From the IMG/VR virus record IMGVR_UViG_2645727604_000006: a DNA stretch of 46,540 bases, one strand, 5' to 3'. The position numbers and the translations under genes were made by a program. The notes beneath the pieces were generated by a model that saw only the letters and a list, made by a program, of their open reading frames with translations, made no database searches and had not been told where the DNA came from. Shown here one piece after another: positions 1 through 8,950 of the stretch (position 1 is its first letter; each line of letters opens with the position of its first letter). Source of the DNA: a virus (lineage: Duplodnaviria; Heunggongvirae; Uroviricota; Caudoviricetes).

Positions 1-207
1 AGGAGATCAGTGAAGGTAATTTAAAAACGGTTCTGTGAAAGTGACACGAACCGATCTCCATCGATGTTACTCACCGATCTCCTTCACGGTAATACGCAAT
101 GGATGAGGCATTACAGCACCGCACCCCATAAATGCCGTCAGAATCGTTTTTAAAAGGGTTTTAAAAACGGTTTTATTTCCCATTTTATCCTTTCGCGTTA
201 TGGCAGG
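1..207 (+). promoter_or_regulatory. AT-rich leader upstream of the Mu-like I gene carrying direct and inverted repeats; candidate late promoter/operator
   Basis: Direct repeat TTTAAAAACGGTT at 20-32 and 160-172. Inverted repeat AGGAGATCAGTG (1-12) vs CACCGATCTCCT (72-83), 11/12 complementary. No convincing ORF. Function inferred only from position. Confidence 0.2.
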
Positions 208-1389
208 GTGCTGAACACCCTCCACAGTACCCCGTGTTCCCCTTTCGTCATCATGCCGCGTATGAAGATGAACATTGCGGCGTTAAGCCTCGAAATTACT
301 AAAGCAACCCACAGCGAAATCCAGCTGTTTCCGGCAGGCGAGTTCAGTGCGGTGGATGGTCGCCCACATACCGATGAAGTCGAAAGCGGTAAATGGGTGC
401 TGACTGCCGGACTGGCCGCGCAGCTTGTCGCCCAGGTGGCAGCCCGTACCACGCCTTTTGTCATTGATTACGAACATCAGACGCTGCGCGCCGTAAACAA
501 CGGCAAGCCCGCCCCGGCGGCGGGCTGGTTCAGCCAGGTGGAATGGCGTGAAGGTGTGGGCCTGTATGCCATCGGTGTGGAGTGGACGGAGAACGCGGCG
601 GCCATGATTGCCGCCGGTGAGTACAAATTTATTTCCCCTGTTTTTGCCTACAACAAGCGCGGCGAAGTGCTGGAGCTGTTACATGCTGCGCTGACCAATA
701 CCCCTGCGCTCGACGGTATGGACGCGGTCATGCTGGCTGCGGCCAGCCGTCTGGCGAGTCTGTCAACTGAAACGGAGACCACAACGGTGGATGAAGAACT
801 GTTAAACGATTTGCTGTCCAGTCTGCGCTGGATGCTTAACCTCCCGGTTACCTCAACGGCGGAAGATATTAAAAGCGAGCTGCAAAAGGTCGTTGACATG
901 ATTTCGAACGGTCAGGGAACGGCGGCGGCATCCGTCAGCCTGCTGACCCTGCTGAATCAGAAAGACGAGCAAATCGCCAGCCTGTCAGCAAATGCCTATG
1001 ACCCGACGAAGCATATTCCTCTGACGGCATATGAAGAACTTCAGGGGCGTTATGCCGTACTGGCGCAACAGTCCGGTGAGGCCGAAGCCGGGGCACTGAT
1101 TCAGGCGGCGCTGTCTGACGGGCGACTGCTTCCGACGCTGGAAGACTGGGCGAAAGATTACGCTCGTCGCGATATCAACGGTTTTAAAACCTGGCTGGAT
1201 AAAACCACCCCGCTTGCCGCACTCAGCAGCACCCAGACCGGCGGCAAACCACCCAAAACGCCGTCACCGGCTCCGGCGCAGATTAAAACCGGCGATGACG
1301 TTGATGTCGCCATTTGTTCAATGATGGGCACTGATCCAGAGGATATCGCCCGTTATGCAGGAAACGACTATTACGCAGGAGATGAGTAA
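208..1389 (+). CDS. Mu-like head maturation protease/scaffold protein (gpI family)
   Basis: 393-aa ORF with the motif IQLFPAGEFSAVDGRP typical of Mu I-like proteins, sitting immediately upstream of a major head gene. Track start is GTG 208; in-frame ATGs at 253, 262 and 268 (MPRMKMNIAAL) are plausible true starts. Confidence 0.7.
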   Translation: MLNTLHSTPCSPFVIMPRMKMNIAALSLEITKATHSEIQLFPAGEFSAVDGRPHTDEVESGKWVLTAGLAAQLVAQVAARTTPFVIDYEHQTLRAVNNGKPAPAAGWFSQVEWREGVGLYAIGVEWTENAAAMIAAGEYKFISPVFAYNKRGEVLELLHAALTNTPALDGMDAVMLAAASRLASLSTETETTTVDEELLNDLLSSLRWMLNLPVTSTAEDIKSELQKVVDMISNGQGTAAASVSLLTLLNQKDEQIASLSANAYDPTKHIPLTAYEELQGRYAVLAQQSGEAEAGALIQAALSDGRLLPTLEDWAKDYARRDINGFKTWLDKTTPLAALSSTQTGGKPPKTPSPAPAQIKTGDDVDVAICSMMGTDPEDIARYAGNDYYAGDE

Positions 1390-1785
1390 ATGGATCGCAA
1401 TACCCCCTATCGTGACGGAGAACTGAACCCGGTGCCGGTTGCCGCTGCGACCGAAATTTTTGGTGGTCATATGGTGGCCGTTAACGCATCCGGTTATGCC
1501 GTTCCGGCCAGTGCCACGGCCTCACAGATTACGCTGGGCGTGTCTGATGGCTGGGCGGATAACAGCACCGGCAGCGATGGTGATGTCACCGTTCTGGTGC
1601 GTTGCGGCAAAGCCTTTCTGATGGCGAACAGCACCTCAGACCCGGTCACACAATCGCAGGTCGGTAAGCTGTGTTACGTGGAAGACAGCGTAACCGTGGC
1701 AAAAACCGACAACAGCAGCGCCCGTCCTGTCGCCGGGAAAGTGATCGGCATCTGTGGCGATGGCGTCTGGATTCATTTCAGTTAA
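1390..1785 (+). CDS. small head-associated protein between I and T (possible decoration/scaffold-related)
   Basis: 131-aa ORF, ATG directly after the stop of the upstream gene, between protease and major head genes. Function from position only. Confidence 0.4.
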   Translation: MDRNTPYRDGELNPVPVAAATEIFGGHMVAVNASGYAVPASATASQITLGVSDGWADNSTGSDGDVTVLVRCGKAFLMANSTSDPVTQSQVGKLCYVEDSVTVAKTDNSSARPVAGKVIGICGDGVWIHFS

Positions 1786-1795
1786 GGAGTAAAAC

Positions 1796-2704
1796 GTGTT
1801 AGTCAACGTTAAAAACGTCAAACAGATTTTTATCAATCTGAAGGCCACCTTCCAGAAAGCCTTTGACCAGTCGCCAACTGACTGGCAGAAGGTGGCAATG
1901 GAAGTGCCATCAAACGGCAAGGAAAACGACTACAGCTGGTTAAGTCGTTTCCCGAAAATGCGCGAGTGGATTGGTGACAAGGTCGTCAAATCACTGGCGG
2001 CATTTAACTACACCATCCGTAACAAGGACTGGGAAGCCACGGTTGAAGTCGATCGTAACGACATCGAGGACGACCAGATTATGGGCTATGCCCTTCAGGC
2101 GAAAGGGGCCGGACAGTCGGCAGCAGAGCTACCGGCAGATATTGTGGCGTCCCTTATCAGTAACGGTTTTACCAATCCCTGTTACGACGGTCAGATGTTC
2201 TTTGATACCGACCACCTGGTCGCCGGTAAATCGGTGTCCAACAAAGGCACCAGAAAACTCAAAGTGGGGTCGCTTGCCGAGGCGAAAGCCTCCTACGGTG
2301 CCGCTCGTACGGCCATGCGCAGCCTGAAAGATGACGAAGGCGCATCCCTCAAAATTCGCCCGAATCTGCTGGTTGTGCCACCGGCGCTGGAGGATGACGC
2401 GAACTACCTGATGACCGCCGAGAAGTTCCCGGACGGTACGCCGAACCCGTACCGCAATACCGCCGAAGTGCTGGTGATGCCGGAGCTGGCGTCGGATTCT
2501 GCGTGGTTCCTGTTTGACACCACCAAACCGGTGAAACCGCTGATTTATCAGTTGCGTAAAAAGCCGGTTTTTGTGGAGCAGACGGACTATAACAGCGACA
2601 ACGTGTTCAAACGTAAGAAGTTCCTGTTTGGTGCTGAAGCGCGCTGTAACGGCGGTTACGGCTTCTGGCAGATGGCATTTGGTTCTGATGGTACGACGGA
2701 GTAA
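1796..2704 (+). CDS. Mu-like major head subunit (gpT family)
   Basis: 302-aa ORF, GTG start 5 nt after AAGGAG. Size, position after I/Z and sequence character match Mu-like major head subunits. Confidence 0.7.
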   Translation: MLVNVKNVKQIFINLKATFQKAFDQSPTDWQKVAMEVPSNGKENDYSWLSRFPKMREWIGDKVVKSLAAFNYTIRNKDWEATVEVDRNDIEDDQIMGYALQAKGAGQSAAELPADIVASLISNGFTNPCYDGQMFFDTDHLVAGKSVSNKGTRKLKVGSLAEAKASYGAARTAMRSLKDDEGASLKIRPNLLVVPPALEDDANYLMTAEKFPDGTPNPYRNTAEVLVMPELASDSAWFLFDTTKPVKPLIYQLRKKPVFVEQTDYNSDNVFKRKKFLFGAEARCNGGYGFWQMAFGSDGTTE

Positions 2705-2707
2705 TGC

Positions 2708-3040
2708 ATGGAAAAGGTGATTGAAATTACCGCCCGCCGTGAGGGTTTTCGCCGCTGCGGTGTGGCACACAGTGCAACCACGAAGGCATGGCCGGTGGAT
2801 GCGTTCACCCCGGAACAGCTGGCGGTGTTGAAGGCTGACCCCATGCTGATTGTGGTGGAGCGCGATAAAGCGTCCGGTCAGAACGACGCGGCCCGGGGTG
2901 ATGAACTGGCCGCACAGCTGGATGCCGAGCGTCAGAAAGTCAGCGAACTGACGGCGCAGCTGGAAGAAGAACGCCGGAAGGTCCAGGACCTGACTGCGGA
3001 GCTTAAAGCGGCGAAGAAAGCGGACAAGAAGGAGAAGTAA
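2708..3040 (+). CDS. Mu-like virion protein with coiled-coil C-terminus
   Basis: 110-aa ORF with a C-terminal heptad-like stretch ELAAQLDAERQKVSELTAQLEEERRKVQDLTAELKAAKK. Lies in the Mu gp35-gp38 position. Confidence 0.45.
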   Translation: MEKVIEITARREGFRRCGVAHSATTKAWPVDAFTPEQLAVLKADPMLIVVERDKASGQNDAARGDELAAQLDAERQKVSELTAQLEEERRKVQDLTAELKAAKKADKKEK

Positions 3041-3043
3041 CCC

Positions 3044-3475
3044 ATGTCTTACGCCACACCGGAACAGTTCATCAGGGCGTTCAGTGAACGCGAGGCGTGC
3101 ACACTGACGGATGAAGAGATGACCGGGCTTATCAACGAGGAAAAGCTGGCCTCCGCGCTTGCGCGTGCCAGTGCCCAGATTGATGGCTATCTGGTGGGGC
3201 GTTACCGGACCCCGTGGCCTGACAGCCCGGGGATTCTGGTGGGTTACTGCTGCGATATCGCCCGTTATCACCTGGCGACCGATTACCGTATCTGCTCAGA
3301 AGAAATTCAGATGCGCTACCGGGACGCCATCCGCTTTCTGGAGAAAGTCGCGGCAGGACAAATCAACCTCGGGCGGGATACGTCCGGCAGCGTGATCCCG
3401 TCATCGTCACAGGTGCGTATCCGCTCCGGCTCCCGTCAGTTCGGGCGTGAGTCCACGCGGGGAGGTGCATTCTGA
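3044..3475 (+). CDS. Mu gp36-like head-tail protein (DUF1320-like)
   Basis: 143-aa ORF, ATG after AAGGAG; synteny with the Mu late region. Confidence 0.5.
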   Translation: MSYATPEQFIRAFSEREACTLTDEEMTGLINEEKLASALARASAQIDGYLVGRYRTPWPDSPGILVGYCCDIARYHLATDYRICSEEIQMRYRDAIRFLEKVAAGQINLGRDTSGSVIPSSSQVRIRSGSRQFGRESTRGGAF

Positions 3476-3528
3476 TTACTGAAATTGAACGGGCGCTGGT
3501 TGAACGTCTGCGTTGTGGTCTGGGGAAA

Positions 3529-4110
3529 ATGGTGCGGGAAGTCCGCACCTATGCAGGTGAACTGGATGAAGACCCGGGCCGGATTGTTCGCAGCCTTCCG
3601 GCAGTCTGGGTGACGTTCGGCGGCATCGCGAAAACCGAACGCTATTCCACGTCACGCCGGAAATACATTGCCACCGGACGCTTTGTGGTTGTGGTGGGTG
3701 ATTACAACACCCGCAGCGAACAAAGCGCCAGACAGGGAGGCACCGTCCGGGATGAGGTCGGTACAAACCTGCTGGTTGAATCCGTCCGTCGCCTGCTGAC
3801 CGGTCAGGATTTGGGGCTGGAGATTGATTATTTCGAACCCGGGCGTGTCAGGACGCTGTTTAACACCGGCGTGGCAGAGCGGGCAATGTCCGTGTTTGCC
3901 TGTGAGTTTGATACCCGCTGGGTGGAGCACGCGCTGGAGAACGGCAAATGGCCGGAGCGCGGTGCAGAAGCGGATATGGCTTTCAACCGTTACCACGGCC
4001 GTCTGTCAGACCCCGACCCGGATTTACTGCGAATTGGTACGCAATACGGCGCAGATATCTGTGGTCTGGATGAATTAAGAGAGCAACAGCATGAACAAAA
4101 TGAAGGTTAA
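3529..4110 (+). CDS. Mu gp37-like protein (DUF1834-like); true start probably upstream
   Basis: The reading frame stays open back to 3469 and encodes ITEIERALVERLRCGLGKMVRE, which looks protein-like. GGAGGTG sits at 3461-3467, so a non-ATG start (CTG 3472 or ATT 3475) overlapping the upstream stop is possible. The first ATG/GTG is at 3529. Confidence 0.5.
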   Translation: MVREVRTYAGELDEDPGRIVRSLPAVWVTFGGIAKTERYSTSRRKYIATGRFVVVVGDYNTRSEQSARQGGTVRDEVGTNLLVESVRRLLTGQDLGLEIDYFEPGRVRTLFNTGVAERAMSVFACEFDTRWVEHALENGKWPERGAEADMAFNRYHGRLSDPDPDLLRIGTQYGADICGLDELREQQHEQNEG

Positions 4111-4324
4111 GGCGGCTCCCGGGATGAAGTTCCCGATGGAGGATAACGCCCGGAAATACATCACCACGGAAGCGGTGATCGTTGAAAACACCGCTTATTA
4201 CCGGCGCGCTGTTCAGGATGGTGACCTGATTCTGGTGGCTGAAGAGCCTGAAACGGCAGAACAGGACACCGGACCAGAAAAAGCGAAGGCGAAGAAAGAG
4301 AAACAGGTGAGCTCCGATGAGTGA
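4091..4324 (+). CDS. small Mu gp38-like protein, lysine-rich acidic C-terminus
   Basis: 77-aa ORF overlapping the sheath gene start by 8 nt (translational coupling). Confidence 0.4.
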   Translation: MNKMKVKAAPGMKFPMEDNARKYITTEAVIVENTAYYRRAVQDGDLILVAEEPETAEQDTGPEKAKAKKEKQVSSDE

Positions 4325-5738
4325 AATTCAGTTTGACACCATTTCGGGCAGTATCCGTAAGCCCGGTGTGCATTTTGAGTTCAATACCCGGCTGGCCGTT
4401 AACACGTTGCCGGGTAACGAACAGCGTGTTCTGGTGATTGGTCCGATGCTGCCTGATGGCACCGCCACCCCCCTGAATGCGGTTTCCGTGTATTCCGAAG
4501 ACGAAGCGGATTTGTATTTCGGGGCCGGTTCACTGGCCGCAGCAATGGCGCGCGCGGCCATTAACGCCAACAGCTATCTGCAACTGGATGTTATCGGTAT
4601 TGCAGACGGTGGTGCAGGAAAAGCGGCAACAGGCGCAGTTAAAGTCACCGGCACTGCAACCAGCAGCGGTACGCTGTCGGTATGGATTGCTGGCGAGCAG
4701 ATCGCCATTAATGTGGACGTCGGGGATGAACCGTCGAAAATCATTCCGGCACTGGTGACGGCAATGACGCAGACGCCATCGCTTCTGGTCACGGGGGAAT
4801 ACAAATCTGACACCTCTCAACTGACAGTGACCGCCCGGACCAAAGGTACCTGGGGGAATGATATCACCCTGTCGGTATCCACCACTGCAACCGGCCTTGT
4901 AGTGGCTACCACGCCGATGGCGAGCGGCGAAATGGACCCGGATATTCAGCCCGCACTTGATGCGGTCTTTGCTGCCGGTCACAACATTCTGATTTGTCCG
5001 TTCAGTACCACGCCAGCCCTTGCCGCCCTGAAGCAGCACCTGGAGAAAACCGGGAACGCGATGGAACAGCGTGGCGCGATTGGTTGTGCGGGCTGGACAG
5101 GTAGTCTGGGAAACGGGATCACCCTGGCAGCCGGTGTGAACAGCGGGCGCGTGTCTGTCCCCTGGTATCGTGGTTCTGTGATGCTTCCTGCTGTGCTGGC
5201 CGCCATCTACGGCGCAGTAATGGCGAGCGAAGAAGACCCGGCACGCCCGCTGAACTCGCTGGCGCTGTCCGGGCTGGATGTGGTCGCCATGTCACAGCGC
5301 GAAAGCCGTAACGAGCAGGAAAGCGCCCTGCATAACGGCCTGACACCGGTTGAGGTTGGACCGGGTAATACGGTGCAGATTGTGCGTGCGGTCAGTACCT
5401 ACACGGTGAACGCTCAGGGTGTGGCTGATGTCTCGTTACTGGATATCACGTCCATCAGAACACTGGACTACACCCGTAAGGCGTGCCGCGAACGTATCAG
5501 CCTTCGCTTCCCGCGTGAAAAACTCAGCACCCGAACCATCGCAAAAGTGGAAAGCGAACTGTATGACGTGCTGCTCAAGCTGGAGGAGTCTGAAATTCTG
5601 GAGAATGTGGAAGCGAATAAGGCAAAACTGCGCGTTCAGCGAAACGGGAAAGATGCAAATCGCCTGGACTGCGCGATCCCTGCCGACGTGGTTAACGGCC
5701 TGCATGTGTTTGCCGGTCGCATCGACATGATTTTGTAA
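4317..5738 (+). CDS. tail sheath protein (Mu gpL-like)
   Basis: 473-aa ORF, the right size and position for a contractile-tail sheath, directly followed by the tube gene. Confidence 0.75.
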   Translation: MSEIQFDTISGSIRKPGVHFEFNTRLAVNTLPGNEQRVLVIGPMLPDGTATPLNAVSVYSEDEADLYFGAGSLAAAMARAAINANSYLQLDVIGIADGGAGKAATGAVKVTGTATSSGTLSVWIAGEQIAINVDVGDEPSKIIPALVTAMTQTPSLLVTGEYKSDTSQLTVTARTKGTWGNDITLSVSTTATGLVVATTPMASGEMDPDIQPALDAVFAAGHNILICPFSTTPALAALKQHLEKTGNAMEQRGAIGCAGWTGSLGNGITLAAGVNSGRVSVPWYRGSVMLPAVLAAIYGAVMASEEDPARPLNSLALSGLDVVAMSQRESRNEQESALHNGLTPVEVGPGNTVQIVRAVSTYTVNAQGVADVSLLDITSIRTLDYTRKACRERISLRFPREKLSTRTIAKVESELYDVLLKLEESEILENVEANKAKLRVQRNGKDANRLDCAIPADVVNGLHVFAGRIDMIL

Positions 5739-5750
5739 GGAGCCTGATAA

Positions 5751-6125
5751 ATGTCCCTGAAAGAATATATCGGCTCGATTGTGTTGGAAATTGACAGCCA
5801 GGAAATCGAGATCACCGACCTTGATGTTCAGATCAACACCGGGCGAAAGCTGGTCAAGACCATGAACAAAAGCGGCAGGGCTAAAGGCTTTGCCCGTGGC
5901 ATTGCCACCTACGAACTGTCCGTTTCGGCGGTTATTCCTGATACCAACGAGCCGGACTGGGAAAATCTGGAAGGTGTGAAAATCTCGCTGTACCCGCTCA
6001 GTAACAGCGGCAAACGCACCTCTTATCTGGACTGCTTCACAACCGAAGTGGGTGAGAAATACACCGTCGATAATGAAGCGAAAATTGATATCAAAATGGC
6101 TGCACTCAGGAAGGTGGAAGGATGA
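5751..6125 (+). CDS. tail tube protein (Mu gpM-like)
   Basis: 124-aa ORF after the sheath gene, with AAGGAG upstream. Confidence 0.7.
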   Translation: MSLKEYIGSIVLEIDSQEIEITDLDVQINTGRKLVKTMNKSGRAKGFARGIATYELSVSAVIPDTNEPDWENLEGVKISLYPLSNSGKRTSYLDCFTTEVGEKYTVDNEAKIDIKMAALRKVEG

Positions 6126-6505
6126 CGATTATCGCTACACAGACCGGCGAACTGTCCGATGGTCTGGTTTTTAACGGCACCATTCATAAAAACTTTGAGC
6201 TGCGTCTGCCGGTCATGCGTGATAACGGGCAGGCACTGGAAGAAACTGAAGAACGCTTTCAGACAGTGGACGGCTTCGCGGCGGATTATTACTACCGCTG
6301 TGCGGTAATGGCGGCAACGCTGGTCCGTCTGGGGGATATTCCGCAGGAAGAACTGACGGCGGAGCTGTTGCACGACAACATGACGCCGGAAGATTTTAAT
6401 ATTCTGCTGGCATCACGCAACGTCCTGAAGGTAAAGCGGAGCGGCGGGAATCCCGGCTCGCCGGACTCCGGCTCGCAGTCCTTATCCTCGGGCGCTACGG
6501 AATAA
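6122..6505 (+). CDS. tail assembly chaperone (Mu gp41/Y-like)
   Basis: 127-aa acidic protein between the tube and tape measure genes, the canonical chaperone position. Confidence 0.55.
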   Translation: MTIIATQTGELSDGLVFNGTIHKNFELRLPVMRDNGQALEETEERFQTVDGFAADYYYRCAVMAATLVRLGDIPQEELTAELLHDNMTPEDFNILLASRNVLKVKRSGGNPGSPDSGSQSLSSGATE

Positions 6506-6678
6506 CCGAAGAACAAATCATGACCATGAGCCGTCCCGAGCTGGACGGCTGGCTTGCCGCCGTTGACAGGCTGAACGGCGGCGGCTCAGGAAGAAAGGAC
6601 ACCTCACAGACCACCCGCCAGTCATTTAAATCCCTCAGAAAGAAACGCAGAAAAGGTAAACAGAAAAATGGCCGGTAA
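6400..6678 (+). other. -1 frame extension ORF downstream of the chaperone gene; candidate programmed-frameshift product
   Basis: The -1 frame is open from 6400 to the TAA at 6676-6678, overlaps the chaperone 3' end by 106 nt, and ends just as the tape measure gene starts (6668). It encodes ...ITEEQIMTMSRPELDGWLAAVDRLNGGGSGRKDTSQTTRQSFKSLRKKRRKGKQKNGR. The slip site is not identified. Confidence 0.35.
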
Positions 6679-8950
6679 TTTCAAAGTTGGCATGACCCTG
6701 ACTGCGAAGGACGAAGCCTCGCAGGTTCTGGAAAAGGGACAAAAACAGGTTATCAAAGCCACCGAAGGTGTAACAAAGGCAACCCGGAAGGCAGGTGCAG
6801 AGCAGACGCGTACCGGGCAGGAAAGCGTTAACAGCACGAAAAAGGCGGCAAAAGAGATACAGCGTGCCGCCCGTGCCCGGGAAACGCTCGGTATTCGTGC
6901 AGAACGCGAGATCCGGCGTGAAATTTATCAGACGGTTGCCAGCTATAACCGTCTGGCCCGCGCCGGTTTTGAATCTGCGCAGGAGCAGGAGCGCGCCATG
7001 CAGGCCACCCGGGAAAAAGCCCGGGCACTCAAGCGTGAACTGGATGGCGTCACTCAGGCTCAGATGAAGATGGCGAAAACGCCTGTTATCCCTGAACGGG
7101 GGCGTTTTGCCCGTGCGGCTGCATTTGGCGGGAATGCCATGACAATAGGCGGCGGAATTATGGCAGGAGCCGCCATTATGACGCAACCAGTCAGAAATCA
7201 AATGAGTTATGAACGTCAGCTCAGCATGATGGCGAACACGGCGTTCAGTGATGGTGGTCTGGAAGGCAGGCAGTTTGGGCGTGAAAAGCTGAAAAACAGT
7301 ATCCGCGCGGCGGTAACGTATGGTGGCGGAACGAAAGAGGATGCAGCTGAAGCAATGAATGAGATGTTGGCCAGCGGCGCTTTTTCCTGGGATACCGCGA
7401 ATAATCTCTTACCGCAGATTATGAAATTTGCTACTGCATCCGGCGCATCTCCACGCGATCTGGTCACTATGGCGGCCAAAGCTAAACAAACATTTGGACT
7501 GACAGATGACGACCTCCCGGCCATGTTTAATATGGCTGTCGCAGCAGGTAAAGCGGGTAATTTTGAGCTACGGGATATGGCGGAATATCTTGGACCTCAG
7601 ATGGCATTAGCTGGTAACGCCGGAATGAAAGGACTGGATGGACTCCAGAAATTACTGGCATTTAATGAGGTCGCAGGGATTGCCGCAGGCAGCAGCAGTG
7701 AAGCAGGTAATAACGTTGTAAACCTGCTGGCCAAACTTTTCAGTAGTGAATCAGCAACAAGGGCGAAAAGCATCACGATTGATGGCAAAGGTATTGATCT
7801 ACCTGGTACGTTGACCCGAGCTATGGAAAACGGCATTGATCCGATAGAAGCATTTTCACGCCTCACTGATAAAGTCACCGCGAACAACAAACAATATCAG
7901 GAGCTTCAGAAGCGTCTGGCAGCAACAAAAGACAAAGGCCAGCAGGACAAAATCCTAGAGTCTATGGCGAAAATTCTTGAGGGGTTCGGTGTTGGTGAGC
8001 TTGTTGGTGATATGCAGGCACTGAAGGCAATCCTGGCTTACAGGAATAACCCGGAATACCGAAAGCAGGTCGAAACTGAAATCAGTCAGCAACGCACCCT
8101 GCCGGAAGGTCAGCGCGCCGGAGATCTGGATTTTAAATTCATGTCAGGTACAAATGATTTTAAAACCGAACAGGCTAAAAACACGCTTGAATTTTCACAA
8201 ATGGACAGCGTGAAAAAGCTGGCGGATGCATCCGGTACTGTGGCCGATGCCATAAGCTGGGCGGGTGAAAAATTTCCGGGGCTGACCACAGCAGTGGTGG
8301 GTGCCACGACCGCAATTGAAGCGATGACCGCAGCGGCTCTGACATGGGCCGGGATCAAAATCCTGACCGGGGGTAAACCCGGTGGCAAGACTGACGAGGT
8401 TGTCGGTGATGTAATTGAAAACACGGTCAAAAAAGGCAAAGGATTTAAATTCCCCGGCATCGCCGGTAGCCTGCTTTCTTTCGGTGGCACCGTTACGGCA
8501 CTGGCCACTGCAACCAGCCCGGAAGAAGACGCCGCCGTCGAAGGAAGCGAGGAGCGCTGGAAAAATATACGGGCTAAATATCCTCAGTGGCTGATTGATG
8601 CTGCCCGTGAAAAATATCAGCCGTGGTGGCAGTTTGGCGAAGGTTACTCAACAGAAAACGAGAAATGGATCCAGCAGTATCTTGACGAACTGAAAAAAAC
8701 CGGGGTTATCGCCGGTGATTCTCTGCCAACACCAGAACAAGTCCGACAGCAAGCCGGAATGGCAGCGTCTGAAACGGCATCAAAGCAACCCGGACGCATC
8801 ACCCAGCCGGAATACCTTACGCACTGGGGGCCACCTGCCAGCCCCATTAATTTCACCACACAACTGGTGCTCGATGGTCAGGTCGTGGCGGAGGCAGTGA
8901 ACAAATACAACCTTCAGGACGGCAACAGAAGCACGGGAGGAACTTACTGA
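6668..8950 (+). CDS. tail tape measure protein (myovirus, Mu-like)
   Basis: 760-aa ORF, alanine/glycine-rich with predicted helical segments, downstream of the chaperone pair. Confidence 0.8.
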   Translation: MAGNFKVGMTLTAKDEASQVLEKGQKQVIKATEGVTKATRKAGAEQTRTGQESVNSTKKAAKEIQRAARARETLGIRAEREIRREIYQTVASYNRLARAGFESAQEQERAMQATREKARALKRELDGVTQAQMKMAKTPVIPERGRFARAAAFGGNAMTIGGGIMAGAAIMTQPVRNQMSYERQLSMMANTAFSDGGLEGRQFGREKLKNSIRAAVTYGGGTKEDAAEAMNEMLASGAFSWDTANNLLPQIMKFATASGASPRDLVTMAAKAKQTFGLTDDDLPAMFNMAVAAGKAGNFELRDMAEYLGPQMALAGNAGMKGLDGLQKLLAFNEVAGIAAGSSSEAGNNVVNLLAKLFSSESATRAKSITIDGKGIDLPGTLTRAMENGIDPIEAFSRLTDKVTANNKQYQELQKRLAATKDKGQQDKILESMAKILEGFGVGELVGDMQALKAILAYRNNPEYRKQVETEISQQRTLPEGQRAGDLDFKFMSGTNDFKTEQAKNTLEFSQMDSVKKLADASGTVADAISWAGEKFPGLTTAVVGATTAIEAMTAAALTWAGIKILTGGKPGGKTDEVVGDVIENTVKKGKGFKFPGIAGSLLSFGGTVTALATATSPEEDAAVEGSEERWKNIRAKYPQWLIDAAREKYQPWWQFGEGYSTENEKWIQQYLDELKKTGVIAGDSLPTPEQVRQQAGMAASETASKQPGRITQPEYLTHWGPPASPINFTTQLVLDGQVVAEAVNKYNLQDGNRSTGGTY

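Noticed and set aside
2129-3271. 380-aa minus-strand ORF overlapping the Mu-like head genes
   Set aside because: It lies antisense to three well-supported + strand genes. Its translation is Arg/His/Leu-rich low-complexity, typical of antisense frames in GC-rich coding DNA.
6635-7201. 188-aa minus-strand ORF at the start of the Mu-like tape measure gene
   Set aside because: Antisense shadow ORF, with no independent signal and no synteny rationale.
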